Shown piece by piece: positions 9,763 through 20,374 of a DNA stretch of 64,000 nt. The stretch lies in the IMG/VR virus record IMGVR_UViG_3300029305_005387, one strand, 5' to 3'. The notes beneath the pieces are model-generated. The model worked only from the letters and a program-made list of their open reading frames with translations, was not told the origin of the DNA and did no database searches. The stretch is from a virus (taxonomy: Duplodnaviria > Caudoviricetes). Made by a program: the position numbers and the translations under genes. Each line of letters begins with the position of its first letter. Positions within the stretch are counted from its first letter, which is position 1.

Positions 9763-10416
9763 ATGAAACTAGGAAAATTTATTGTAATCGAAGGAATGGA
9801 TGGTGCTGGTAAAAGTACACAGGTAAAATTACTTCATGAAAAAATGAAAGAAAATGGAGTAAATATTTATGTAACTAGAGAAGCTTCTGATGGACCAATT
9901 GGAAAATTACTACGAAGTGAATATTTAAGTGGTAAGAGACAATGTGATGAACATGTGCTGAATTATTTATATGCAGCTGATCGACTTGATCATTTTAGTA
10001 ATAAAGAAGATGGAATGCTAAAATATATTGAAGAAGGAACTAACGTATTATGTGATAGATATTATCTTTCTTCCTTAGCTTATGATACCTATATGCACTG
10101 GGGAACTAAAGAATATAGTAAACAAATGAATGATATCATCAACCGTAATATGTTAAATATTCAATTATTATCTCCAGATTTAACTATCTTTATTGATCTA
10201 CCAGTAGAGGTATGCTTAGAGAGGTTACAGCGAAATAGAGATGAACTGAGTATCTATGAGACTAAAGATAAATTGGAGAAAATTAAATTGAGTTATATGG
10301 AATCAATCAATATTCTTCAGAATCAATATGATCATAACATTTGTATCATTGATGGTAACAGATCAATTGATGAAATTTCATATCTAATTTGGGAGAAAGT
10401 TAAAGAATTATTTTGA
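9763..10416 (+). CDS. tmk: Thymidylate kinase
   Basis: FIVIEGMDGAGKSTQ; TRE; AADR; LCDRYYLSSLAY; PDLTIFID. Confidence 0.92.
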   Translation: MKLGKFIVIEGMDGAGKSTQVKLLHEKMKENGVNIYVTREASDGPIGKLLRSEYLSGKRQCDEHVLNYLYAADRLDHFSNKEDGMLKYIEEGTNVLCDRYYLSSLAYDTYMHWGTKEYSKQMNDIINRNMLNIQLLSPDLTIFIDLPVEVCLERLQRNRDELSIYETKDKLEKIKLSYMESINILQNQYDHNICIIDGNRSIDEISYLIWEKVKELF

Positions 10417-10461
10417 TCTCTTCTAAATATTATCAAGCGATGAATAAAGGAGATCAATAAT

Positions 10462-11118
10462 ATGAAAATAACAATTGGTGAGTTGATAAATGAAGTCATG
10501 AAATATAGTTCATCTGTTGAAATGATAATGAAAAATGGAATTCCTTATGTTCATGCATATATGAGTAATTCTAAAAATCATATCATGTCTTACTTAAATA
10601 TAGCTCAAACAGATGAATTTATATATTATGCTATAGATGACATTAATGAAACATGTGGTGCACGATTTATTCCAAATGGAAGTACAAGTAAACCTTTCAT
10701 TAGAGAATTAGATAGAATTCATGAATTGTATGGAGGTATAGGTTTCATAGATGATTCATATACATTATCTGTCGAAAATGCTAATTATGAAGAATTTATG
10801 ATATTCTTTATCAATCTTTTGATTGATAGAGAAGTTATTAAAGTTACTCCAAACATTATGAAATTAAAAATTGAAGATATTGGATTTCATAATGTTAAAA
10901 TTCGTAGAATTATATCAAAAGTATTTAATGAAAGTAATATGAGAACAGGTACTATTCAAGATTTAATCTATTTAATTTTAGTATACAAAAAGAAATTCAA
11001 TATTTCATCATTAAGAAGTAAAGATATTCAATTTGTATATGATAAATTGAAAGATTATGGGATTATTTGTGAAATTAAAGATGGAATAATTAATGGAATC
11101 ACATTTGAAAAACGTTAA
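10462..11118 (+). CDS. Hypothetical protein with possible RNAP alpha-CTD-like C-terminus
   Basis: LKIEDIGF...TIQDLI...ISSLRSKDIQFVYDKLKDYGI resembles the alpha-CTD pattern. Confidence 0.4.
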   Translation: MKITIGELINEVMKYSSSVEMIMKNGIPYVHAYMSNSKNHIMSYLNIAQTDEFIYYAIDDINETCGARFIPNGSTSKPFIRELDRIHELYGGIGFIDDSYTLSVENANYEEFMIFFINLLIDREVIKVTPNIMKLKIEDIGFHNVKIRRIISKVFNESNMRTGTIQDLIYLILVYKKKFNISSLRSKDIQFVYDKLKDYGIICEIKDGIINGITFEKR

Positions 11119-11141
11119 GAAGAAAAGGAGATGTAATTACA

Positions 11142-12197
11142 ATGAAAATGATTAATCAGAGTGTAGAGTTGATGACTAACATTCCTGAACCTACTGACAG
11201 AATGGGTGTATTAAAGTTCTTGGAGAAAATTGGTCGCACATGTTACAAGAGCGAAGATAAAATTACAAATGAATCATGTGTTAAGTTCATTGAAGGACTC
11301 AAGAAACGTAAGCATTGGGCAATGCTAGAACACTATGTATTTGTATTTAGAGTACCTGGATGGATCTTCAATGATATGAAGAGTATGGATAAACTGGATT
11401 CTTCTCAATATGATCTTATTGAAAAAATGAATTATATCAGAATGAGCTATGAAGAAGTAGATGGTGAAATTGAATACTTTGTATCTGGATCTGCTACTGC
11501 TTTCAATTACTTGTGGGAAACTAAATACTATAGACATAACCCTGCAAGTGGACTTGCTCATATTTGTACTTTCTTGAATTCTCGATATCCTGAACTTATG
11601 ATGGTTCCTGAAAAAGATGAACAATGGGCATATGATCCAAGAATTGATTTTGTCGGTAGAGAAGAGATGTCTTATATGAGTGATCATGTGAGATTGATTC
11701 ATGATAGCGTATCTGTGAAGTTTATTGTAGATCGTGGGGTATCGCACGAACTGGTGCGTCATAGACCTGCTTCATGGGCACAAGAATCTACTAGATACTG
11801 TAATTATGGAAGTGATAAATATAATAGTGAGATCAACGTTATTCTTCCGAAATTCTTTGATACTGGTATGGGTGAACAAAGTAATTCTTTAGTGTTTGAT
11901 GAATGGAAAGCAGCAAGTGAATCTTCTGAATATCATTATAATAAACTAATTGGTTATGGAGCAACACCTCAACAAGCAAGAACTGTTCTGAATAATTCTT
12001 TGAAAACAGAAGTTTGGATGACTGCTCGTATGTATGAAATGAAACATTTCTTCAATATGAGAGTTGATAAACCTGCTCATCCTCAGATGAAAGAAGTTGC
12101 AGCACCTCTACTTCAACAGTGTATCGAGCATCATAACGATCTATTTAAAGATCAGGCTTGGAGATTGGAGGATAATTATGAGTTCTTGTCAGTTTAA
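11142..12197 (+). CDS. thyX: Flavin-dependent thymidylate synthase
   Basis: HWAMLEH; RGVSHELVRHRPASWAQESTRY signature; QARTVL; AHPQMK. Confidence 0.93.
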   Translation: MKMINQSVELMTNIPEPTDRMGVLKFLEKIGRTCYKSEDKITNESCVKFIEGLKKRKHWAMLEHYVFVFRVPGWIFNDMKSMDKLDSSQYDLIEKMNYIRMSYEEVDGEIEYFVSGSATAFNYLWETKYYRHNPASGLAHICTFLNSRYPELMMVPEKDEQWAYDPRIDFVGREEMSYMSDHVRLIHDSVSVKFIVDRGVSHELVRHRPASWAQESTRYCNYGSDKYNSEINVILPKFFDTGMGEQSNSLVFDEWKAASESSEYHYNKLIGYGATPQQARTVLNNSLKTEVWMTARMYEMKHFFNMRVDKPAHPQMKEVAAPLLQQCIEHHNDLFKDQAWRLEDNYEFLSV

Positions 12198-12447
12198 TGA
12201 ACATGAAGAATTATCAGAAATGAAACCGGTAGTTGTTCGATATAAATGTGAATTCTGTAATGATGGAGAACAAGTACTTGTTAATGATAAACCTATAATT
12301 GTTCCATTAGTTAATAGATCACAACCAATGAAATTACATCGATGCAATAAATGCGGTAAAGAAATGATGTTACCAAAAGTATATCCATTCATAACGTGGT
12401 TAAGTATGGAAGAATATGAATCCGTGAAAGATAAAATTAAATCATAA
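12178..12447 (+). CDS. Small zinc-ribbon protein
   Basis: CEFC...CNKC; start reassigned to ATG 12178 after ggagg. Confidence 0.6.
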   Translation: MSSCQFNEHEELSEMKPVVVRYKCEFCNDGEQVLVNDKPIIVPLVNRSQPMKLHRCNKCGKEMMLPKVYPFITWLSMEEYESVKDKIKS

Positions 12448-12481
12448 TAAAAGTGGGAGTCACTTGACTCCCACTTTTATT
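12446..12481. terminator. Bidirectional terminator / near-perfect palindrome (2-nt centre)
   Basis: aataaaagtgggagtca-ct-tgactcccacttttatt. Confidence 0.8.
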
Positions 12482-12483
12482 TT

Positions 12484-14277
12484 TTATGAACCATTTGCAA
12501 CGTAAGGATTTGCCATATTTTCGATTCCCATAAGAGCATCATTCGCAACATCCTGTAAATATTCACCCTGTTCAAAGTATTGTTGTAAACCTTTAAACAT
12601 AGCAATTCTTTGTCTAGTATAAGTATCTACAGATGGTTGTAAACCTCCTAAATTAGCCATATAATCATTTAATGTTTCATTAAATAAAAATGAAGCTGGA
12701 TCATTAGCAGGAGATATGGACATCGAATTATACAACTCTTGAATTGTAAAAGTAACTTTTACATCTAAAGGAAAACCATTAACAGATACATGTTTAGCAG
12801 ATGGATTTTTAACTATCTGCATACTTGATATAATACCTAACTGACAAGTACACATACCAGGAATGAATGCTTGTACTAAGAATGGTGAAGTTATACTATT
12901 TGCTGTAACCATTCTAGGAGATGCTAATGCAATTAGATGCATTAATGGAACTATGATGTTCATATAATAATTATACACATCTCCATATGGAGTAGATAAA
13001 TTTACTGTAAAAGTGTAATTCATTTCACTATTAGATGATTTATAAATTTTTGGATATATCATCTTTTGACCTTTTACAGATTGAAGAGCTCCATGGAACA
13101 GATTTGATGTAAAACCACCAGCAATAGGTTCTACTAAACCATTTATAAAGTTAGCAGCTGTAGAAACTGTATCTCCAAGAAAATCTGTCATTCCTTCTAC
13201 CAAACCAAGATCAACATTGGATCCTGTAATAAAAGCAATTTCTTGACCAATAGAACTATTAATCGCATCAATTGTTGATTCAATAACAGATGGTTCTGCA
13301 GAGTTAGTTAAACTTTCTTCAAATTGTACAGGTTCTACCATAAATAATACAGAACAAATTTTATCAGATAATATATCAATTACAGCAGTATCTGAAGCTG
13401 TTGAGAAGTTACTTGAAGCATTTTCACCAATATTTGAAACAGCTGTAGATGCATTTCCTTGTATTACACCTAAGAGATCTTCAGATCCACCTCTACCAGA
13501 AAATGTACCTGCAACTGCACTAGCGGCAGCTGATGCGGAATTCCCAATAGCATTTAAACTTTCTTTAATAGAATTTGCAGCTGTTTTTACAGAAGCACCT
13601 ATTAATGTAGAACTACCAATAGCATTCAAATTATCAATAGGACTTGGTGTTGCTCGTCCAGCTAACATTCGGTAATTTTCCCATTTCATAGTTTCAAACT
13701 TTTGTAATGTGGCATATCCATTATTACCATTTGCATAGGTATAAGTACTATATCCATTGACATTTGTTGTGAGGTTTAAAAAAGTTGCCATTGATCTACA
13801 CATATAGTTTACATGTGACATATAACTGTGATAAGTTTCTCTAAACCCAAACATTCTTTTTTGTAATTTGGAACCTTTTGAAAATACTGTACCACTTGCA
13901 AGCTCAGTTAACAATGATTCAACAAATCCCATTCCTTGTTGAGTTCCAACATAGATATCTCTAATACTGTTAGCTAAACTTTCACTATCTGTACCACCAG
14001 TATATTTTGGCATACCTGGCTTAATATGAAGAATAGGGCTGTTCAAAATAAAGTTACGTAAATATTCATTACCAACATGAATGTTTACATCTTCGAATCT
14101 TCTATCTACAGAATCTATCAATTGAAATGGTGCTCCAAATATTCTATTTGTATATTGATCAATATAAACAGTACCGGAGTTAATCCCTGATCCTTTCTCA
14201 GGATGTTGAGATTGGATACCGTCTAGATCAGCTAACTCTTGAGCTAAGATACTTGTTAAACTTCCCATATGATTCAC
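12484..14277 (-). CDS. Probable baseplate/tail-tube-initiator protein (T4 gp48-like tube fold)
   Basis: C-terminal YPKIYKSS..YTFTVNL...ISSMQI...PLDVKVTFTIQEL pattern of contractile tube-fold proteins. Confidence 0.5.
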   Translation of the reverse strand: MNHMGSLTSILAQELADLDGIQSQHPEKGSGINSGTVYIDQYTNRIFGAPFQLIDSVDRRFEDVNIHVGNEYLRNFILNSPILHIKPGMPKYTGGTDSESLANSIRDIYVGTQQGMGFVESLLTELASGTVFSKGSKLQKRMFGFRETYHSYMSHVNYMCRSMATFLNLTTNVNGYSTYTYANGNNGYATLQKFETMKWENYRMLAGRATPSPIDNLNAIGSSTLIGASVKTAANSIKESLNAIGNSASAAASAVAGTFSGRGGSEDLLGVIQGNASTAVSNIGENASSNFSTASDTAVIDILSDKICSVLFMVEPVQFEESLTNSAEPSVIESTIDAINSSIGQEIAFITGSNVDLGLVEGMTDFLGDTVSTAANFINGLVEPIAGGFTSNLFHGALQSVKGQKMIYPKIYKSSNSEMNYTFTVNLSTPYGDVYNYYMNIIVPLMHLIALASPRMVTANSITSPFLVQAFIPGMCTCQLGIISSMQIVKNPSAKHVSVNGFPLDVKVTFTIQELYNSMSISPANDPASFLFNETLNDYMANLGGLQPSVDTYTRQRIAMFKGLQQYFEQGEYLQDVANDALMGIENMANPYVANGS

Positions 14278-14341
14278 ATCCTTTCGTTATTTAAACATTT
14301 TAACAGAATAGTTTATAAAGTATATTAAACTGATATACAGA

Positions 14342-14349
14342 TATATTAT
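14342..14349 (+). promoter_or_regulatory. TATATTAT early-promoter-like motif
   Basis: About 55 nt upstream of ORF 14402. Confidence 0.55.
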
Positions 14350-14401
14350 TCTATTAGAATAAGAAATTATTCTAAATATATTTCATTGGAGGTAATTTGA
14401 A

Positions 14402-14695
14402 ATGATTACTAGGAAGGAACTTTGTAAGTTGATTTTGAAACATAAACTCAATGTTGTTGAGAGTGTTATTAACGATGATGTTATGAAAGAAATCATCAAG
14501 AAACGTGGTGGTGATGAGCTTGTTTATGAATCATCCGTACTTGGGATTTGCATGGATGAACTTGGTCTGATTGACGATCCACAATGTCAGGAATATATTA
14601 ACTCACGAGCAGGTGTTCTGATGTTTAATCCTTATATGGATGGACAGTGTGATATGTTGACATTACGTGATCTGCTGGATTCAATGAAAGAATAA
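14402..14695 (+). CDS. Hypothetical protein
   Basis: RBS ggaggt; own promoter motif and terminator. Confidence 0.6.
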   Translation: MITRKELCKLILKHKLNVVESVINDDVMKEIIKKRGGDELVYESSVLGICMDELGLIDDPQCQEYINSRAGVLMFNPYMDGQCDMLTLRDLLDSMKE

Positions 14696-14735
14696 AATAA
14701 AAGAGGAGGGAAATTTCCCTCCTCTTTTATTTTAT
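14692..14735. terminator. Perfect 44-bp palindrome, bidirectional terminator-like
   Basis: ataaaataaaagaggagggaaa|tttccctcctcttttattttat. Confidence 0.8.
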
Positions 14736-14736
14736 A

Positions 14737-15636
14737 TTAAAACTTAGAAATTACAGATTCATTGATCAATACACCTTTGTTATATCTAATCATAGAAACG
14801 AATTCTTTGAATTCCCCAGCTTTCTGATTAAATACAACATCGAACTGATGAAGAGTAGCTTCTCTAATAGCTAAACCAATCATTTCTTCCTGCTGTTTAT
14901 GAGTTAAAGTTTTATTCTCTTTCATCAGATGTTTATTGAGATAATTCATACCAACTGCAACAGCGGATTCCTGAGCAACTTCTTGATCTACGGGTGGTTC
15001 AGTATTGAATGTCATATCCTGCTCTTCTTTTTTATTATTGATGATTTCAGAAACATCAGCAACAATTTTGTCGATAGTCTTTTTCTTTAATACATCAATA
15101 AATGTTTCATATTCCATATCATTTTTAATATCTACAAGCTGACCTGAAACTTCTTCATCTGTTGTTTCTGCTTCTTTAGGTTCAGCTACAGGAATATCAT
15201 TTTCTTGTGCTTGTTTTAATTCTTCTTCAGCCTCTTCCATATATGTTTTACCAATATTATCAGCTGAACGAAGAATAAACTCAAGTAGAGGAGCTTTAGT
15301 AGCTTCAGAACAGCTCATCAAGTATTGAGTAGCATTCATACCCTTCTTATCAAGCATTGCATCAATATCAGAAGTCATCTGACCCTGATGTCCATCTACA
15401 TAATCTTTATCTAAAGGAATAATCTTACAATAGATATCCAATAGAATGTGTTTGCAGCATTTGTCTTTTAAGTTATCTCTACACTTTGCAGCTTTATGGC
15501 GATATGCTAATTCACCAGGTGACTGATCAAGTCCTCCAGGAGCTCTTGTAACATTCATAGGTTTAGATACCATATCTGGTTTAGCAAGATCATCTTTAAG
15601 TGCATCATAGAATGAAGTTAGAGAATTATGTTCCAT
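14737..15636 (-). CDS. Hypothetical protein, probable head protein
   Basis: Acidic; AQES, IREA, INES motifs. Confidence 0.45.
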   Translation of the reverse strand: MEHNSLTSFYDALKDDLAKPDMVSKPMNVTRAPGGLDQSPGELAYRHKAAKCRDNLKDKCCKHILLDIYCKIIPLDKDYVDGHQGQMTSDIDAMLDKKGMNATQYLMSCSEATKAPLLEFILRSADNIGKTYMEEAEEELKQAQENDIPVAEPKEAETTDEEVSGQLVDIKNDMEYETFIDVLKKKTIDKIVADVSEIINNKKEEQDMTFNTEPPVDQEVAQESAVAVGMNYLNKHLMKENKTLTHKQQEEMIGLAIREATLHQFDVVFNQKAGEFKEFVSMIRYNKGVLINESVISKF

Positions 15637-15689
15637 AAATTACACCTCTTTCATTTATATTTCTTTTTAAAGTTACTAACTTGGTTGCA

Positions 15690-18461
15690 TTAGGTTTCCT
15701 CTGATATACTAATACTTGATTCATCAACTCTGATAATTTCTGGTACGTTTGTTTGTAACTGATTTTCATTCAATTCAGAAATATCACTATATTTCACAAA
15801 AATAGATTGTTTATTAGCATCATAGTCATTGAAACCTAAGAATCTCAAATATCGTACATTAGGATTATTCTTGATAATATCAGAAATAATATCAGAAGCA
15901 TGTAAATCCAAACTTGAAGTATTTAAGTTATTGAAAGTTTCAGTTATCTGATTAATAACTTCATTTACTGTTTGAGTATAGATACTTCTATCATATACTG
16001 ATATAACCAATCTCACTTTTACATATACATTGTCCAATAGAATATCAGAATTCTTAAGATGAACTTCTCCATCTTTAGGACCAATATAGTAGTTATTTGA
16101 TCTACCATATGTATTGTATAATTTAAAGTCAATAAATGAGTTGCCATCTAATTTACTTGTAACTGGTTCCATGGCTTTATATTGAGCTTCAAACGCCTGA
16201 ATGAAATAAGTCATCTTTTCATCATCTAATGGAATATCGTATCTTAAAAATGGAAGCATTGATACGTCTATTGTGTAATTATTATTCTCACCAGAAAATT
16301 CAATCATAGATCTCATCATATTCATAGGTTTATATAATGTGAGATCTCTATGGGCATTTCTGAATCGATTTGTCATTGTATACCCATCATATGATGGATC
16401 ATTAAACAGACGAGAAGTATTTGTTATAGAAGTATCTTTCATCATCACAGCAAAATGAAAACTACTTTCTGCAGAATCAATAAATACCTTTCCTTCTCGA
16501 GATCCATTTGTTATTAGTGAATGAATGTTTGGAGTTCTTTCCATATCAACTTCAAGCATCATATCTGAATTGATATTATCATAAACAGCAATATCAGTTT
16601 CGAACAATATTGCTCCTCCATTTCTCAGTTCAGTTGGTACCATCTCGATATATCCGGTTTCACCGTCAGCTGCAGTTTTAGTAATTAGGACTACACGCAG
16701 TTTATTCTGATTGATTGGGAATTCTTCACCAATGCCTTCTACATATTTCATAGTTTTATCAGTAGTAACAACAGGCACACATATTACTTCAATATGATAC
16801 ATGTTATTATGTTTAGCCGATAAAGTTCTTTCAATAGTAAACTGAGCCATTTGGAATTGATAGAATGATTGTGTATTGATAGGCTCGTCTTCAGGCCATG
16901 ATGTATGGTTAATCAAATAATTGTAACTCATTGAAGTTGTTGGGTATCGATGAATTTTAATGAAAAATGGGTTTACAAACATAAATGGTCTGTTTGTATT
17001 AATACTAGGAATAGCTTCGTCTGTAATCATAGCCATTCCATTAGTACCTTCAACCATTCTCAATCTATTACGTACAATTCCATCTTCTTCTGTATCGTCA
17101 TATTCCCATAAATGACCAGGTTTGATAATAAATTCAGAATTCATTCCACTTGCATCTGAATTAACATAATCAAATTGATCCTGATTTACACGAATATTCA
17201 GTGTATTAGTAGGATAGATATAAGTATTATTCATTATTGCAATAAATTGTGCAAATAAAGTTCCTGAAGGATCATCTCTACGTTTAAAGAATTTAGCTTT
17301 AGTTCCATAACGTTTTGCATATCTATTAAACCATATATCTAGATCAGTATCTGTAGTTAACACATTCACAGTATTATGAGCTAAAATACTTTCATCACGA
17401 ACATCTTCGATAGTACCTCTGTCAATACCACCTGTTGATCCACTATAACAAATTGCAACCATTGTAGTATCAGTATTGTATGGATATCTTTCTCCAGTTT
17501 TCTTTACTGGTAATCCAGATCTACTATCATATGATGTAAAATTGGAAGAAGCTCCACTACACATATACACAGTATATTCAACTTTGGAATTGAAATCAGG
17601 TGACCAATAACCATCATTATTACTGAATGATAGAGCGATGGTATTATCATCCACCATTCGATACCAAGCAAATGGTTCAACATCAGCTTTTGTATATTGA
17701 GTTTTTAGTTTCATCGGAATACGCTGACCTGTTGGAGAAATATATACAAGATCAAGACCAGCTAACTGTCTAGTCCATCTAATAAATATTTCACTATTGG
17801 TGGTTAACAAATTATCAGTGATGGATTCTTCGTCGGTCTTACGTTCAAATTCTAAAAGATCAATGAATAATACAAGCCAATCAATTGTACTCACCTGATG
17901 TTTGATATATTTATTAGTAACTCTTGATACAGAGTTAGTTTCAGTCATATCATAATAGATGTTGAATACACGTTTATTATTTACCATACTATGATCAATA
18001 AAAATATCATAATCAAGTTTATACGTATTATCTCCAAGAATAATTTTTGTATCTTTATCTAGGATATAACGCATCGTATTTGTATTCTGTACAGCAGATG
18101 AATTTTTAATTACATCTGTGAGATTTAATTGAATTGCAAAACTGCATTTGGATGGTGTTGCAAATATATACCCAAGATCGAATAATGACGCATGACCATA
18201 AATAGAGCTTGGTAATACTGCTTTCGTAATAAATGATTCATTCATCATTAATGAAGCAGTACCATGAGCATCTTCAATACCTTGTGATATATACTCAGAA
18301 ACTACTCCAGTGAATCCTAGATTTAATTTATTCATAGGAATATCTGGAAAAGCTTTAGGTATTAAAACTTCTTGAATATATTCTTTGATGTTAAAATTGT
18401 CCGTATAATTACGGACAATTATATCTTTATTTCCTACTTTTTCAAGCACGTTTAATTCCAC
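15690..18461 (-). CDS. Probable baseplate wedge protein (T4 gp6/baseplate J-like)
   Basis: NESFITKAVLPSSIYGHA...GY; SGSTGGIDRGTIEDVR...VLTTDTD pattern. Confidence 0.6.
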   Translation of the reverse strand: MELNVLEKVGNKDIIVRNYTDNFNIKEYIQEVLIPKAFPDIPMNKLNLGFTGVVSEYISQGIEDAHGTASLMMNESFITKAVLPSSIYGHASLFDLGYIFATPSKCSFAIQLNLTDVIKNSSAVQNTNTMRYILDKDTKIILGDNTYKLDYDIFIDHSMVNNKRVFNIYYDMTETNSVSRVTNKYIKHQVSTIDWLVLFIDLLEFERKTDEESITDNLLTTNSEIFIRWTRQLAGLDLVYISPTGQRIPMKLKTQYTKADVEPFAWYRMVDDNTIALSFSNNDGYWSPDFNSKVEYTVYMCSGASSNFTSYDSRSGLPVKKTGERYPYNTDTTMVAICYSGSTGGIDRGTIEDVRDESILAHNTVNVLTTDTDLDIWFNRYAKRYGTKAKFFKRRDDPSGTLFAQFIAIMNNTYIYPTNTLNIRVNQDQFDYVNSDASGMNSEFIIKPGHLWEYDDTEEDGIVRNRLRMVEGTNGMAMITDEAIPSINTNRPFMFVNPFFIKIHRYPTTSMSYNYLINHTSWPEDEPINTQSFYQFQMAQFTIERTLSAKHNNMYHIEVICVPVVTTDKTMKYVEGIGEEFPINQNKLRVVLITKTAADGETGYIEMVPTELRNGGAILFETDIAVYDNINSDMMLEVDMERTPNIHSLITNGSREGKVFIDSAESSFHFAVMMKDTSITNTSRLFNDPSYDGYTMTNRFRNAHRDLTLYKPMNMMRSMIEFSGENNNYTIDVSMLPFLRYDIPLDDEKMTYFIQAFEAQYKAMEPVTSKLDGNSFIDFKLYNTYGRSNNYYIGPKDGEVHLKNSDILLDNVYVKVRLVISVYDRSIYTQTVNEVINQITETFNNLNTSSLDLHASDIISDIIKNNPNVRYLRFLGFNDYDANKQSIFVKYSDISELNENQLQTNVPEIIRVDESSISISEET

Positions 18462-18478
18462 TCCTCTCTTTATTATTT

Positions 18479-20317
18479 TTATGCATTAAATAAGATTGAA
18501 TCAGTTCTTCTACTACTTGTATCTTTACGGAATTTCAATCGAATCTGTGTACGTTTTGTAGAACGATTGACATCATCTACCTGTAGATTCGTAGGGCCTA
18601 GATCCATTTCGATATAAGGTGCTCCAACATATGGACGTGAGCAATGAGCAAGATTTACATCAAATGCAGGTACCCAGTTCATTTCACCTTGAACATTTGC
18701 AACATGATTAAATTCAAGCAATGAAATAGGAGACATATCTTTTTTATATGAATATGCAAATTCAATATTCAATTTAGGTGTATCACCTACTGGAGTTCCT
18801 GAATCCCAACTTAATGCACTAGCACCAGAATTAATAGGATAAATGCCAAAATATTTTGTCCAATATAATACATCTTCTCCATCTGGACCACATTTGAATA
18901 CATAGCAAGATGCTCCATAATCCAAAGCTCTTCTATGAACATGACAATTTACATTTTGCTCATATTTTGGACTCCATGCACCTCTTGAAACGTTATCAAT
19001 ATAAGTCATCCAAAGTTTAATTAAATTAATTATTGAAAATTCAGATGTTTCATTAAATGCACAAGTAAATGTACCAGCAGTACGACCGGTATATTGCTCT
19101 GCATAATGCATTTCATGTTCACTCCATGATCTTCCTGCTCTGACAGTTGCTAATGTTTCATCTGTTAATGTAAAAGATGCCACTTGATTTGATAATAACA
19201 TATTAAAATTATTACCATCATTACATCTCGTATAGTCAGTTAATAATTTAAATAACTCTGGATTTCTTCTCCATAATAAAGCAGTATCAGTATGATTCAT
19301 TGTTTGAGAGTTTGCTTTATTTCCATTTTCTAATAGATTTAGATCCGGTCTCGTAAAAAAGATATGAGTAAATGTTTTATTGTGAGCAAGATTTGTATCA
19401 GGTACTTTAAAACGATTATACATATAGAATTTTACTGACCTTGCAATATCATTGTTTCCATGTACTGGTATACCTAATGATGCTCTGAGTTCAGTTAATC
19501 TTGAAGCTAGACTTTTATCAGATACCTTTTTTAAATTAGGATCATCTGGAATGAATTGGTAGTTATATTTTGCAGATAAACGAGATCTTACATTACCATC
19601 ACTAACCTTATGAGGGAAATTATAAGCATTCTGAATAATTCCAGTATCCATATTTAATAATTCTTCTCGTCTACCTTCATTTTGCCAAGAAGTTTTATAT
19701 CTAGCCTCATATATTGATCCAAGTTCTTTTACTGATTTAGGAAGAGTTCGTTCTCTACCTTTTGGTGTAACATTAATTTTTTTATAGGATGGAGTATAAA
19801 AACTAGCATCTCCATCGAAGAAAGAATCACTATTAAACTGAGTATTTGGATTTGTTAAATTTTCAACTTTTACACCTGATCCAATATTACTATCTTCACC
19901 AGTATACCATTCACCAGAATTTTTCTGAGTAGCAAATGGGTCATTTGATACACCGATGTCTATATTTACTTTTTCTCTAGCAATATCTTCATAAGTTGCT
20001 ATTGCTGGTTTAGGAACAGGAGGTGGTGGGGGAGGATCAGGTACGGGAGTTGGTTCTGATGTTTGTACAACCTGTTTGTATATATGCTGAGGTTGAACTT
20101 GCCATACAACAACTCCATTATTCGAACATCTTACCTTTGTAACGGAGTTAGGTAAACCCCATCTACCACCGGTGTTCCATCCATCAACTATTTTTTCTAC
20201 TGTAGCCCAAAGTGGACCGCCTTGACCATAGAGTCTACCTGCTCTGGCTTTACCACCATTAGTGACATCTATTCCGCCATCCACGATTTGGACTTTATCA
20301 CCTACTGAAACGTCCAT
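18479..20317 (-). CDS. Probable tail tube-fold protein (T4 gp19/gp54-like C-terminal domain)
   Basis: IFFTRPDLNL; FTCAFNE..IINLIKLW; YFGIYPIN; KLNIEFAY; Pro-rich N-terminal linker. Confidence 0.5.
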   Translation of the reverse strand: MDVSVGDKVQIVDGGIDVTNGGKARAGRLYGQGGPLWATVEKIVDGWNTGGRWGLPNSVTKVRCSNNGVVVWQVQPQHIYKQVVQTSEPTPVPDPPPPPPVPKPAIATYEDIAREKVNIDIGVSNDPFATQKNSGEWYTGEDSNIGSGVKVENLTNPNTQFNSDSFFDGDASFYTPSYKKINVTPKGRERTLPKSVKELGSIYEARYKTSWQNEGRREELLNMDTGIIQNAYNFPHKVSDGNVRSRLSAKYNYQFIPDDPNLKKVSDKSLASRLTELRASLGIPVHGNNDIARSVKFYMYNRFKVPDTNLAHNKTFTHIFFTRPDLNLLENGNKANSQTMNHTDTALLWRRNPELFKLLTDYTRCNDGNNFNMLLSNQVASFTLTDETLATVRAGRSWSEHEMHYAEQYTGRTAGTFTCAFNETSEFSIINLIKLWMTYIDNVSRGAWSPKYEQNVNCHVHRRALDYGASCYVFKCGPDGEDVLYWTKYFGIYPINSGASALSWDSGTPVGDTPKLNIEFAYSYKKDMSPISLLEFNHVANVQGEMNWVPAFDVNLAHCSRPYVGAPYIEMDLGPTNLQVDDVNRSTKRTQIRLKFRKDTSSRRTDSILFNA

Positions 20318-20374
20318 GACAGAACCTCCTAATAAACTTAAAGTTATTCTTAGGTAAAGGAGTGATTAGTTGTT

